This document shows positions 9,464-18,505 of a stretch of 64,000 bases of DNA, piece by piece. Below the pieces are notes generated by a model. That model ran no database searches and was not told the DNA's origin. It saw only the letters and a program-made list of their open reading frames with translations. Source of the DNA: Chitinophaga pinensis (GTDB lineage: Bacteria > Bacteroidota > Bacteroidia > Chitinophagales > UBA10324); assembly GCA_945903305.1 (NCBI GenBank), contig CAMDOA010000007.1, forward strand, positions 1,027-65,026. The letters are read 5' to 3'. Both the position numbers and the translations under genes were made by a program. The number at the start of each line of letters is the position of its first letter. Positions within the stretch are counted from its first letter, which is position 1.

Positions 9464-11542
9464 CTACTTCACTACTATCAGTTTTTTTATTTCCATAAAA
9501 TCAGCAGATTGCAATTGCACCAAATAAATTCCCTGTGAAATATTTTTCAGATTCACCGCTTGAGAATTATAATTTGATTCTTTAACATAAATAGTTTCGC
9601 CAAGCATATTGGTGATTGCGATTTTATATGCTGATAACTCTTTACTTATTACTGTGAATTGCTCACTGGCAGGATTTGGAAAAATCTGAAATCCAAATTC
9701 TGAATTCTCATGTTCATTTATTCCAACTCCGGCAACCGAAAAACAAAAGGAAGTATCAGTGCAACCATTTTGTGTTATTGCGACAGCATAATTTCCGTTG
9801 GCTGTTGCAGTAAAAATCTGATTGGTTGCTCCGCTGATTATTGCAAAACTGCTATCGCAATTGAGCCATTGATAATTTGCGGCGGCGGCGTTGGCAGTTA
9901 GTGTAATGCCACTTTGTGTTAATGAAGGATCAACTGAATTGATTGTGAGATTGATTGAAATGATGCTATCACATCCAGCAACATTTGGAATTGTATCTTG
10001 ATAAATACCTGAGGTTGACCAGATGTAATTACCACTCGGGGAAATATAATTATCGCATGCAGTTAAGCTAAAATTTGCTAGTGTAAAACTACAGAGTGAA
10101 AGTTTACCAACTGAAATATCTAAGGAATAGTTTGCTCCAATATTAATTAATAATGCAGAATCAAATGAAACAGAATCACTATAAAATGAGCCTGCAAAAT
10201 ACAGGAAACCTAAATTTTTAATAGTTATCGAATTACCTTAATCAGTATTTGAACCACCCATTGATTTTACCCATGCAAAATTACCCGCACTACTCAGCTT
10301 AGAAATATACATATCTCTGTTCCCTAATGAAGTTACATTATAAACCCCAACTCCTGGATCAAAATCTACTGTTCCCCAAAAAACACCTGTTGTATAAACG
10401 CTTCCCAAAGCATCAATTTGAATTGAATATGCCATATCATAACCACCACCGGTAAATGGTTTCGCCCACACAAAATCTCCATTGTTGTCAAGTTTAGAAA
10501 TAAAAATATCTCTATTTACTGTCGATACTAAACCAAAATATGATGTGTCAGGATCAAAATCAACAGAACCTAAAAGCCAACCTGTTGTAAGAACATTACC
10601 AAAATCATCCAGTGCAATTGATAAAGGCCCAAGGCTTCCTGAACCTCCAAATGATTTTGCCCAAATAAAATTTCCGGAATTATCTGATTTATAAAGAAAC
10701 ATATCTGAACCACCAGTAGTTGATAATGAAATTAAATTATATACCCCAATTCCTGGGTCAAAATCAACCGTATCTACAAAATTTCCGGTAGTATATATAT
10801 TACCAGCTGAATCTAGTGTAATTGCGGTGCCGGCATTATTGTATGTTCCACCAATATTTTTTACCCATACAAGATTTCCCGTGTTATCTAATTTCGATAT
10901 AAAAATATCAGAATATCCAATTGAAGTCACATTGAATATTCCGGTTCCAGTATCAAAATCCACTGCTCCAGTAAAAAAACCTGTTAAGAAAACATCGCCA
11001 AAATTATTAACATAAATCGAGGTAATCTCATCATAACCCGACCCGCCAATCTGTTTAGCCCAAATAAAATTTCCATTGGAATCAATTTTTGAAATGAACA
11101 TATCTTCATAACCATTCGAAATTAAATTAAAAGTCGCTCCACCTGGGTCAAAGTCAACAGTATCTTCAAAATATCCGGCGAAATAAATATTGCCATACAT
11201 ATCCAGTCCAATTGTTAGCGGAAAGTCATATCCTATTCCACCCATTGATTTAGCCCAAAATAAATTTCCAGAACTATCATATTTGGAAATAAAAATATCA
11301 TAGATACCATTAGAAGTTAAATTTTGAATTCCAATTCCCGGATCAAAGTCAAATGATCCACCAAATGCTCCACCAAATACTCCAACAATATAAATATTTC
11401 CCTTTTCATCTGAGGTCATTGATTTCGAAACTCCACTATGTGATCCTCCTAATCCTTTTGCCCATAACCAATCTGGTGCTTGTGCATTTGATTTTGAAAT
11501 AAAAAGTAAAAACAAAATAAGCGGCAGCAGTATTTTTTTCAT
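9464..11542 (-). pseudogene. SBBP beta-propeller-repeat surface protein with T9SS C-terminal sorting domain, interrupted by one in-frame TAA at 10238-10240
   Basis: The track ORF 10238..11542 has a signal peptide plus about eight repeats of the form GG.G.D...SI..D..GN.Y..G.F.G..DFDPG. Hand translation past the TAA in the same frame stays open for 257 codons. It ends in FQIFPNPASEQFTV...GIYLVQLQSADFMEIKKLIVVK, with the stop at 9464-9466. Confidence 0.75.
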
Positions 11543-11579
11543 TTCTTAATGTATTTATCAAACCTAATCATATTTTTTT

Positions 11580-11648
11580 TCACGCCACTAACATATCCCG
11601 CGCATCAGGTTGCTTCATTAAATCTACATTGGTAATCGCGTCAACTTT
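11580..11648 (-). pseudogene. relic copy of the last ~22 codons plus stop of the DnaE2-like gene
   Basis: Translates to KVDAITNVDLMKQPDARDMLVA-stop, versus the live end KLDFITREDLMKQPDKQDMLVA-stop at 12245-12313. By hand alignment, 54 of 69 nt are identical with no gaps. Confidence 0.65.
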
Positions 11649-11684
11649 TACAAAGTTTTTAGCTTTTGAAAAGTTTTAAAAAAA

Positions 11685-11972
11685 TTATTTTTTCTCCGGA
11701 TTCATACTCGTATGCTTCAATCGATAAATTGCAATTGTTTTTTCTTTTTCATTCACCACAAAATGTACGAGGTATGGAAATTTATTTACGAGACGACAGC
11801 GAACTTCATCGTATCGAACCTGAAAAAACGGATTGGTTTTTAATTCTTTGAATGTTGATTTCACTTTTGTGTGAAACCGTTTTCCTAATCCTGATTGTTG
11901 CTCGTTGTAATAATCAATGGCTGCTTGTATATCATCAATGGCTTCGTGGTAAATAATAATTTTGAAAGCCAT
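11685..11972 (-). CDS. type II toxin, RelE/ParE family
   Basis: 95 aa. The ParE-like pattern is IIYHEAIDDIQAAIDYY...RCRLVNKFPYLVHFVVNEKEKTIAIYRLKH. The start overlaps the stop of the upstream small gene. Confidence 0.8.
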   Translation of the reverse strand: MAFKIIIYHEAIDDIQAAIDYYNEQQSGLGKRFHTKVKSTFKELKTNPFFQVRYDEVRCRLVNKFPYLVHFVVNEKEKTIAIYRLKHTSMNPEKK

Positions 11973-12178
11973 CAGCTCAAACGGAAAGTGTCAACTACAT
12001 CCTTCCATTCCTTCATATCAGCCGGCTTTGCGTTTTTAATTCGGTTGCGGACAATATTTTTTTCTTCTTCGCTTATATCAAAGTCATGGTTGTTCTCTTT
12101 CACAAAATCCAAACTCTTAATCAGTTCAACAAAAAAGTTGTACTTGTTTTCCGGAATATTCAAAATGATTTGTTTCAT
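11972..12178 (-). CDS. putative antitoxin (addiction-module component)
   Basis: 68-aa acidic protein immediately upstream of the ParE-like gene, overlapping it by 1 nt. This is the canonical antitoxin-first arrangement. Confidence 0.6.
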   Translation of the reverse strand: MKQIILNIPENKYNFFVELIKSLDFVKENNHDFDISEEEKNIVRNRIKNAKPADMKEWKDVVDTFRLS

Positions 12179-12244
12179 GGTTTAAAAGTTTCGCACTCCA
12201 AAAATAAAATGAAAACGATTAACAACGGCTAACTATTATTTTTT

Positions 12245-15200
12245 TCAAGCCACTAACATATCCTGTTTATCAGGTTGTTTCATTAAATCTTCTCTTGTAA
12301 TAAAATCAAGTTTGTGCATGGCAGTAATTTCCAAACTGTAAAAACCAAACTCTTCCGCCACTCTTCCCATGATTCGGTAGCAACCTCGCCCGCGAAACGG
12401 AAACATTTTTGTTTCATTTGGAAAATGGGTGGTGTCGAAAAAAAATCCATCTCGGTCGAGCCAGGTGCCAAAGCGCATTTCATCGCCGCGCTTGGTTCGT
12501 GTGTACTTGGTGGTTACGAGGTAGCCAATCATCATAACTATTTTTCCATTGTGGTTTTTTAAATCGTGTGCAAGCCTCACCCCTAACCCCTCTCCTAAGG
12601 AGAGGGGGACAGTCGCTGTATTTGAAGAAGTTGTATCAAACTCCTTCAACAAATCAAAAGGTGAACACAATGGAAAACCGAGCAATTCAATTTCATCGAG
12701 GGCATCATCGAGTTGATGGTGCGAGAGAACGGGTAAAGTAAAATTGGTTGGAGGCATGGCGAAAAGTTCGGGATGCGGAGCGGTGTGTTTTTCGTTGCCG
12801 AGTACGGTATGAATATCCCACAGCAATTGTTTTTTGCTGCGACCAGTGAAACGAAAAGCACCGATGCGCACGAGTATGCGCAACTGATCGAGTGTGCAAT
12901 TCACCCGATTGCAAAAATCTTCAAGGCCGAGAAATGCGCCATGCAATTTCCGTTCAGTTTCTATTCGCTGCGAAGTAGTTGCTTCCATTTCGGCGAGGTG
13001 AATGAAGCCAAGAAAAATATCATCACCAGTAATTGTTGTGAGGTGATTACTTCGGTTAATATCAGGTGCATGAATATTGGCGCCGCTCATGCGCGCTTCG
13101 TGCACATAAAATTCGGTGTGATAAAATCCACCGAAATTATTTATCACGCCCACCATAAATTCTTTCGGGTAATATGTTTTCAAAAACAAACTCTGGTAAC
13201 TCTCCACCGCATACGATGCCGAATGCCCTTTTGAAAAAGCATAGCCGGCAAAGCTTTCAATCTGCCGCCACACTTCGGCTGTAATTTTTCGCTCGTAACC
13301 TTTCGCATCACAATTCGCAAAAAATTTTTCTTTCACTTTATCAAACTCTTCGCGACCGCGAAATTTTCCTGACATGCCGCGCCGCAACATATCAGCTTCG
13401 GTGAGTGTGAGTCCGGCAAAGTAGTGCGCCACTTTTATCACATCTTCCTGATACACCATGATGCCGTAAGTTTCGGCCATCAGCTCCTGCATGAACGGAT
13501 GAATGTAACTACGCTGCGAAGCATCGCGATGGCGAACAATGTATTCGCGCATCATTCCTGAACTCGCCACGCCTGGGCGAATGATGGAACTCGCCGCCAC
13601 GAGCGACAAGTAATTATCGACTTCTAATTTTTTCAGCAGCATGCGCATGGCAGGGCTCTCAATGTAAAAGCAGCCCATGCACCGTGCATCGCGCAGGTTG
13701 GCTTTCATGTTTTCGTCCTGCTTAAATTTTTTTATATCGTGAATGTCAATTTCAATGGTGCGGTTTTGTTTTACAATTTCCACCGTGTCTTTTATGTGTC
13801 CGAGTCCGCGTTGCGAGAGAATATCGAATTTATAAAGGCCCACATCTTCGGCTTCAATCATACTGAATTGCGAAACCGGAAAACCTTTTGGCGGATTACT
13901 CAGTGCCGTATAATAAGTGAGTGGCCTTTCTGAAATTAAAATTCCACCTGCATGAATGCCAAGGTGCGCGGGGAAACCATACAAGCGCTCCACATAACGA
14001 TAAATTAATTTTCCGATTTCGTGCGGTGGTTCGCTTCGTCTGTAATTATCGGAGAGTGAATCAATTTCATTTTTCGGCAAACCAAAAACTTTTCCCAACT
14101 CACGAATCACGGCGTTGGCTTTGAACTCGCTGTAGGTGGCGAGCATGCTGGCGCATTTATTTTTTCCATACTTGTTCAGAATAAATGCAATTACCTCGTC
14201 GCGATCTTTCCAACTGAAATCCAAATCGAAATCGGGCGGGCTGGTGCGCGATGGATTGATGAACCGCTCGAAATACAAATCCAGATCAATGGGGTCAACA
14301 TCCGTTATGCGCAACAGGTAAGCCACCATGCTGTTAGCGCCGCTGCCACGACCGATGTAAAAAAAATTCTTTCGTTGCGCGAACGATACAATGTCGTGAT
14401 TGATGAGAAAGTACGAAGCGAAATTTCCTTCGTGTATCATGCCCAGTTCTTTTTCCAGTCGCTCCAGGATTTTTTCATCTACCGTTTCATAGCGATACTT
14501 CAGTGCCTCGTAACTGAGCTTGCGCAATTGCTGCATATCGCTTTCCACGCTTCCGGTAAACTGTTTTTTGTTCTTGCTTTTTCCGAAATAAAAATCAATG
14601 TTGCATTGCCTCAATAATTTATTTGCATTATCAATGAGGAAAGGAAACAGTGCGAAAATTTTTTGTGCTTCTGATTCTGTCATCATCGCTTCGGTTTCAT
14701 CAGCAGTTTCAGTTTTAGATAATTTGCTGAGCAAAGTATTATTGGCAACAGCACGCAACAACCGGTGAATGTTAAAATCAATTTTGGTGCTGACTGTTAC
14801 CGTACACAGCGCCACTAATTTTTCCGGTTGATTTTTCAGTTTGGAAAAAAGCAGTTTGTTAATGTCGGTATGGCAAATGCCGATGAATTCATTTTCGCTG
14901 AGCGTAGGTGGTTGCTTGCCGAAGGGATAGACGATGAAAACATTTTCACATACCGATGCACGCAAAGGAATCGGTTCTTCGGTTTGTAAATGATGTGTGA
15001 GTAATTCATTCAGTTCGCGAAAACCCTCGTTGTTTTTTGCGATGCCGATGAATTGTTGTTGTGCGCCGTTGCGAAAATCAATTCCAACTACGGGAGAAAC
15101 ATGGTGCTTCGGAGCAAGGCGCACAAAGTCGAGCACACCGGATGTGTTATTGATGTCTGTGAGAGCTATCCGTTGGATGTTATTTTTTTTCGCCTCGCCG

Positions 15201-15265
15201 AGCAACCGCTCAATGCTGAGTGCGCCGTATTTTAAACTGAAGTAACTGTGGCAATTGAGAAACAT
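12245..15265 (-). CDS. dnaE2: DNA polymerase III alpha subunit, short (1006 aa) DnaE2/ImuC-like form
   Basis: N-terminal PHP domain (MFLNCHSYFSLKYG...ALTDINN) and a polymerase core (GRGSGANSMVAYLLRITDVDP, FDILSQRGL, YQEDV). It is far shorter than a replicative Bacteroidota DnaE. Confidence 0.75.
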   Translation of the reverse strand: MFLNCHSYFSLKYGALSIERLLGEAKKNNIQRIALTDINNTSGVLDFVRLAPKHHVSPVVGIDFRNGAQQQFIGIAKNNEGFRELNELLTHHLQTEEPIPLRASVCENVFIVYPFGKQPPTLSENEFIGICHTDINKLLFSKLKNQPEKLVALCTVTVSTKIDFNIHRLLRAVANNTLLSKLSKTETADETEAMMTESEAQKIFALFPFLIDNANKLLRQCNIDFYFGKSKNKKQFTGSVESDMQQLRKLSYEALKYRYETVDEKILERLEKELGMIHEGNFASYFLINHDIVSFAQRKNFFYIGRGSGANSMVAYLLRITDVDPIDLDLYFERFINPSRTSPPDFDLDFSWKDRDEVIAFILNKYGKNKCASMLATYSEFKANAVIRELGKVFGLPKNEIDSLSDNYRRSEPPHEIGKLIYRYVERLYGFPAHLGIHAGGILISERPLTYYTALSNPPKGFPVSQFSMIEAEDVGLYKFDILSQRGLGHIKDTVEIVKQNRTIEIDIHDIKKFKQDENMKANLRDARCMGCFYIESPAMRMLLKKLEVDNYLSLVAASSIIRPGVASSGMMREYIVRHRDASQRSYIHPFMQELMAETYGIMVYQEDVIKVAHYFAGLTLTEADMLRRGMSGKFRGREEFDKVKEKFFANCDAKGYERKITAEVWRQIESFAGYAFSKGHSASYAVESYQSLFLKTYYPKEFMVGVINNFGGFYHTEFYVHEARMSGANIHAPDINRSNHLTTITGDDIFLGFIHLAEMEATTSQRIETERKLHGAFLGLEDFCNRVNCTLDQLRILVRIGAFRFTGRSKKQLLWDIHTVLGNEKHTAPHPELFAMPPTNFTLPVLSHHQLDDALDEIELLGFPLCSPFDLLKEFDTTSSNTATVPLSLGEGLGVRLAHDLKNHNGKIVMMIGYLVTTKYTRTKRGDEMRFGTWLDRDGFFFDTTHFPNETKMFPFRGRGCYRIMGRVAEEFGFYSLEITAMHKLDFITREDLMKQPDKQDMLVA
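12587..12607. repeat. GC-rich perfect hairpin (9-bp stem CCCCTCTCC/GGAGAGGGG, loop TAA) embedded in-frame in the polymerase CDS
   Basis: Read directly at 12587-12607. It encodes part of VPLSLGEGLGVR, and the local GC is far above the surrounding gene. Confidence 0.85.
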
Positions 15266-15270
15266 AATGA

Positions 15271-15312
15271 TTGTAATACAGACAAATATATGCTTGTATT
15301 ACAGTCTTTCAA
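15271..15312 (-). promoter_or_regulatory. Bacteroidota-type promoter (TTG-N19-TATATTTG) bracketed by two TGTAnTACA palindromes
   Basis: On the minus strand, TTG is the rc of 15310-15312 and TATATTTG is the rc of 15283-15290. TTGTAATACAG lies at 15271-15281 and TTGTATTACAG at 15294-15304. The proximal palindrome arm (TGTAATACA, 15272-15280) ends 6 nt from the dnaE2 ATG. Confidence 0.55.
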
Positions 15313-15370
15313 AAAATCCGATATATAAATTCGGTAAACCGAAAATGAACACTCAATTACTTAAATGATG

Positions 15371-16402
15371 TCAACCTGCGGGGTTTATTTCCTTTAAAAT
15401 ATTTTTCACCACAAAAGGTCCTTCATAAATCAATCCGGTATAAAGTTGAATTAAATCAGCGCCCGCATCCAGCATTCGGGTTGCATCATCTGGCGTGTGA
15501 ATTCCACCGACACCTATTATGGCTAATTGACCGTTTGATTTTTTTTTGATGTAGTTAATTATTTCAGTGGAGCGATTGATTAAAGGTTTGCCGCTCAATC
15601 CACCTGCACCAATTGCATTTATTTTTTCAGTTGAAGTTTTTAAACCTTCACGAGAAATAGTTGTATTGGTTGCAACAATTCCATCCAACTTATTGTCAAT
15701 ACAAATCTGAAGTATCAAATCAATTTGTTCGAAACTTAAATCAGGTGCAATTTTTAACAACAATGGTTTAGGTTTTTCCTTTTGAAAATTTCGCTTCTGC
15801 AATTCAGATAATATTTCTCTCAAAGGTTTTTCTTCCTGCAACTCACGAAGGTTGGGTGTGTTTGGCGAACTTACATTCACTACAAAATAATCAACTGCAT
15901 CATACAATTTTTCAAACCCAATAATGTAATCGTTTACCGCTTTTTCATTCGGAGTGATTTTATTTTTTCCAATATTTCCACCAATAATTATCTGAGAATT
16001 TTTTCGAGCGATCATAATTCTTGCAGCAGCTACTTCTACACCACAATTATTAAATCCCATTCGGTTAATGAGTGCTTCATCTTGCGGTAAGCGAAATAAT
16101 CTTGGCTTTTCATTTCCTGTTTGAGGTAATGGAGTTACAGTTCCTATTTCCACAAAACCAAAACCAAGCGCCTGCATTTCTCTGATGTAAAATCCATTCT
16201 TATCAAAACCTGCAGCCAAACCTACAGGGTTCGGAAATTTTAAACCCATCACTTCTTTCTCCAACGAAGGATGATGGTACGAACACATTTTTTCCAATGA
16301 CCATCGAACCGGAGCTTGCCGCATCATTACCGTTGTAAAGTGATGCGCATTCTCTGCAGAGAGATTAAAAAGTAACGGTTTAATAAAAGTTTTGTAAATC
16401 AT
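15371..16402 (-). CDS. pyrD: dihydroorotate dehydrogenase (quinone), class 2
   Basis: 343 aa with [18 protein letters not shown] and [12 protein letters not shown]. Confidence 0.9.
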   Translation of the reverse strand: MIYKTFIKPLLFNLSAENAHHFTTVMMRQAPVRWSLEKMCSYHHPSLEKEVMGLKFPNPVGLAAGFDKNGFYIREMQALGFGFVEIGTVTPLPQTGNEKPRLFRLPQDEALINRMGFNNCGVEVAAARIMIARKNSQIIIGGNIGKNKITPNEKAVNDYIIGFEKLYDAVDYFVVNVSSPNTPNLRELQEEKPLREILSELQKRNFQKEKPKPLLLKIAPDLSFEQIDLILQICIDNKLDGIVATNTTISREGLKTSTEKINAIGAGGLSGKPLINRSTEIINYIKKKSNGQLAIIGVGGIHTPDDATRMLDAGADLIQLYTGLIYEGPFVVKNILKEINPAG

Positions 16403-16436
16403 AAATATTGGCTCGCAAAATAATTACTTTGCGGTT

Positions 16437-17702
16437 ATGGATACTATGATTCCGCTCGCTGAAAGAGTTCGTCCGCGAACATGGAATGAATTGGTCGGAC
16501 AAGAGCATCTCGCCGGTGATGGAAAACCATTACGCACGCTCATTGAGAAAGGTGTAATACCCTCCATGATTTTCTGGGGACCTCCGGGAGTTGGTAAAAC
16601 AACTTTGGCTCAAATGATTGCAGAACAAACTGCACTTCCGTTTTTTTCATTGAGTGCTATCAATTCCGGAGTAAAAGATATTCGTGAAGTAATAGAGCGA
16701 GCGAAGCAAAAAGGAAAGGCAATTTTATTCATTGATGAAATTCATCGCTTTAGCAAATCGCAACAAGATTCGTTATTGGGAGCAGTTGAGAAAGGAATCA
16801 TTACACTGATTGGTGCCACTACTGAAAATCCATCGTTCGAAGTTATTTCCGCATTGCTTTCGCGCTGCCAGGTTTTTGTGTTGCAGTTGTTGGAGAAAAA
16901 GGATTTATTAAAGTTGCTTGTTTATGCAATGAAGAAAGATGAATGGCTAAAGGAAAAAAATATTTCAATAAAAGAAGAAGAAGCTTTGCTGCGATTTTCA
17001 GGTGGCGATGCAAGAAAGCTGCTGAATTTGTTTGAGTTGGTGGTGAATACTGCAGATGAAAAAGAAATTATTATAACGAATGATTCAGTGACAAAATCAC
17101 TGAACAAAAAAATGGCGTTGTATGATAAGAGTGGCGAACAACACTACGATATTATTTCAGCCTTCATCAAATCAATGCGCGGCAGCGATCCAAATGCTGC
17201 TGTATATTATTTAGCCAGAATGATTGAAGGGGGTGAAGATCCTTTGTTCATTGCACGACGAATGTTGATTCTTGCAAGTGAAGATATTGGGAATGCAAAT
17301 CCAACAGCGCTTGTATTAGCCAATTCCTGTTTTCAGGCGGTGAATTCAATTGGGTATCTTGAATGTAGAATTATATTGTCGCAAACAGTTGTTTATCTCG
17401 CTTGTTCGTCAAAAAGTAATGCGTCATATATGGCAATTGAAGATGCTCTTTCGTTGGTACGAAAAACCGGTGACCTTTCAGTGCCGTTACACTTGCGAAA
17501 TGCACCAACCAAACTGATGAAGGAACTGAACTACGGAAAAGATTATGATTACGCTCATTCGCATCCGGGAAATTTTGTGAATCTTGAATATCTTCCCGAA
17601 CAAATAACAGGAACAAAAATCTTTGAACCCGGAAATAACACACGAGAAAATGAAATGAGGGAAATGTTGAAGCGCAACTGGAAAGAGAAATACGGTTATT
17701 GA
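16437..17702 (+). CDS. rarA: replication-associated recombination protein A (AAA+ ATPase)
   Basis: Walker A GPPGVGKTT and Walker B FIDEIHRF, plus the MgsA C-terminal block DPNAAVYYLARMIEGGEDP. Confidence 0.9.
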   Translation: MDTMIPLAERVRPRTWNELVGQEHLAGDGKPLRTLIEKGVIPSMIFWGPPGVGKTTLAQMIAEQTALPFFSLSAINSGVKDIREVIERAKQKGKAILFIDEIHRFSKSQQDSLLGAVEKGIITLIGATTENPSFEVISALLSRCQVFVLQLLEKKDLLKLLVYAMKKDEWLKEKNISIKEEEALLRFSGGDARKLLNLFELVVNTADEKEIIITNDSVTKSLNKKMALYDKSGEQHYDIISAFIKSMRGSDPNAAVYYLARMIEGGEDPLFIARRMLILASEDIGNANPTALVLANSCFQAVNSIGYLECRIILSQTVVYLACSSKSNASYMAIEDALSLVRKTGDLSVPLHLRNAPTKLMKELNYGKDYDYAHSHPGNFVNLEYLPEQITGTKIFEPGNNTRENEMREMLKRNWKEKYGY

Positions 17703-17710
17703 AAAAATAA

Positions 17711-17783
17711 AAAATTAGAATTTTAAAATTAGAAACTTTATTGCGACTGATTTCTAACCTCTAATTTTTAATCTCTAATTTAC
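17711..17783. repeat. AT-rich imperfect inverted repeat built from AAATTAGA units
   Basis: The left arm 17711-17736 (aaaattagaattttaaaattagaaac) pairs with the right arm 17756-17783 (aacctctaatttttaatctctaatttac). It fills the rarA-to-hydrolase spacer. Confidence 0.5.
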
Positions 17784-17785
17784 TA

Positions 17786-18463
17786 ATGAAACTTACTTAC
17801 TACGGTCATTCTTGCTTTGGTGTTGAATTGGGTGGAAAACATTTACTCTTCGATCCGTTCATTAACCAAAATCCATTGGCAAAAAATATTGACAGTGAAA
17901 AAGTTCCTGCCGATTACATTTTGATTTCCCATGCGCATGGCGATCATGTGGCTGATGTGGATGCTATTGCCAAACGAACAAATGCAAAAATTATTTCGAA
18001 CTACGAGATTGTTTCGTACTACGAAAAAAAAGGATTGTCAGGACACGGAATGAATTTCGGTGGAAGCTGGCAATTTGATTTTGGTAAAGTGACTTATGTA
18101 GTTGCCATTCACAGCAGTCAGTTTCCTGATGGAACAGTTGGTGGAAATCCCGGAGGGTTTATTATTGAATCGAAAGAAGGAAATTTTTATTTCGCCGGTG
18201 ATACTGCTTTAACAATGGATATGAAATTAATTGGCATCAGATATAAACTGGATTTTGCGTTGCTGCCCATCGGAAGCAATTACACAATGGATTATTTCGA
18301 CGCAGCAACCTGTGCTGAATTTATTCAATGCGATAAAGTGATTGGAATGCATTTCGATACTTTCCCTCCGATAATAATTGATCATCAAAAAGCGATAGAA
18401 GAATTTGAACGGAACGGAAAAGAACTTTCACTGATGGAAATTGGTGAAACGATTGCAATGTGA
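17786..18463 (+). CDS. metal-dependent hydrolase, beta-lactamase fold (UPF0173-like)
   Basis: 225 aa with MKLTYYGHSCF, the metal motif ISHAHGDH, and a typical length. Confidence 0.8.
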   Translation: MKLTYYGHSCFGVELGGKHLLFDPFINQNPLAKNIDSEKVPADYILISHAHGDHVADVDAIAKRTNAKIISNYEIVSYYEKKGLSGHGMNFGGSWQFDFGKVTYVVAIHSSQFPDGTVGGNPGGFIIESKEGNFYFAGDTALTMDMKLIGIRYKLDFALLPIGSNYTMDYFDAATCAEFIQCDKVIGMHFDTFPPIIIDHQKAIEEFERNGKELSLMEIGETIAM

Positions 18464-18505
18464 TTTATTTTTTAATCTTTGATTTTTAATTTTTAATTTC
18501 ATTTT

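Noticed and set aside
9710-9901. 63-aa plus-strand ORF
   Set aside because: It is antisense to the open continuation of the SBBP/T9SS gene, whose translation shows a genuine sorting domain.
10238-10240. TAA reassignment or a suppressor-based genetic code, as an explanation for the two in-frame TAA codons
   Set aside because: TAA terminates several conserved genes at their expected lengths in this same window (corA at 45645, fmt at 45675, the HD gene at 60560, the TPR gene at 8893). No suppressor tRNA is present.
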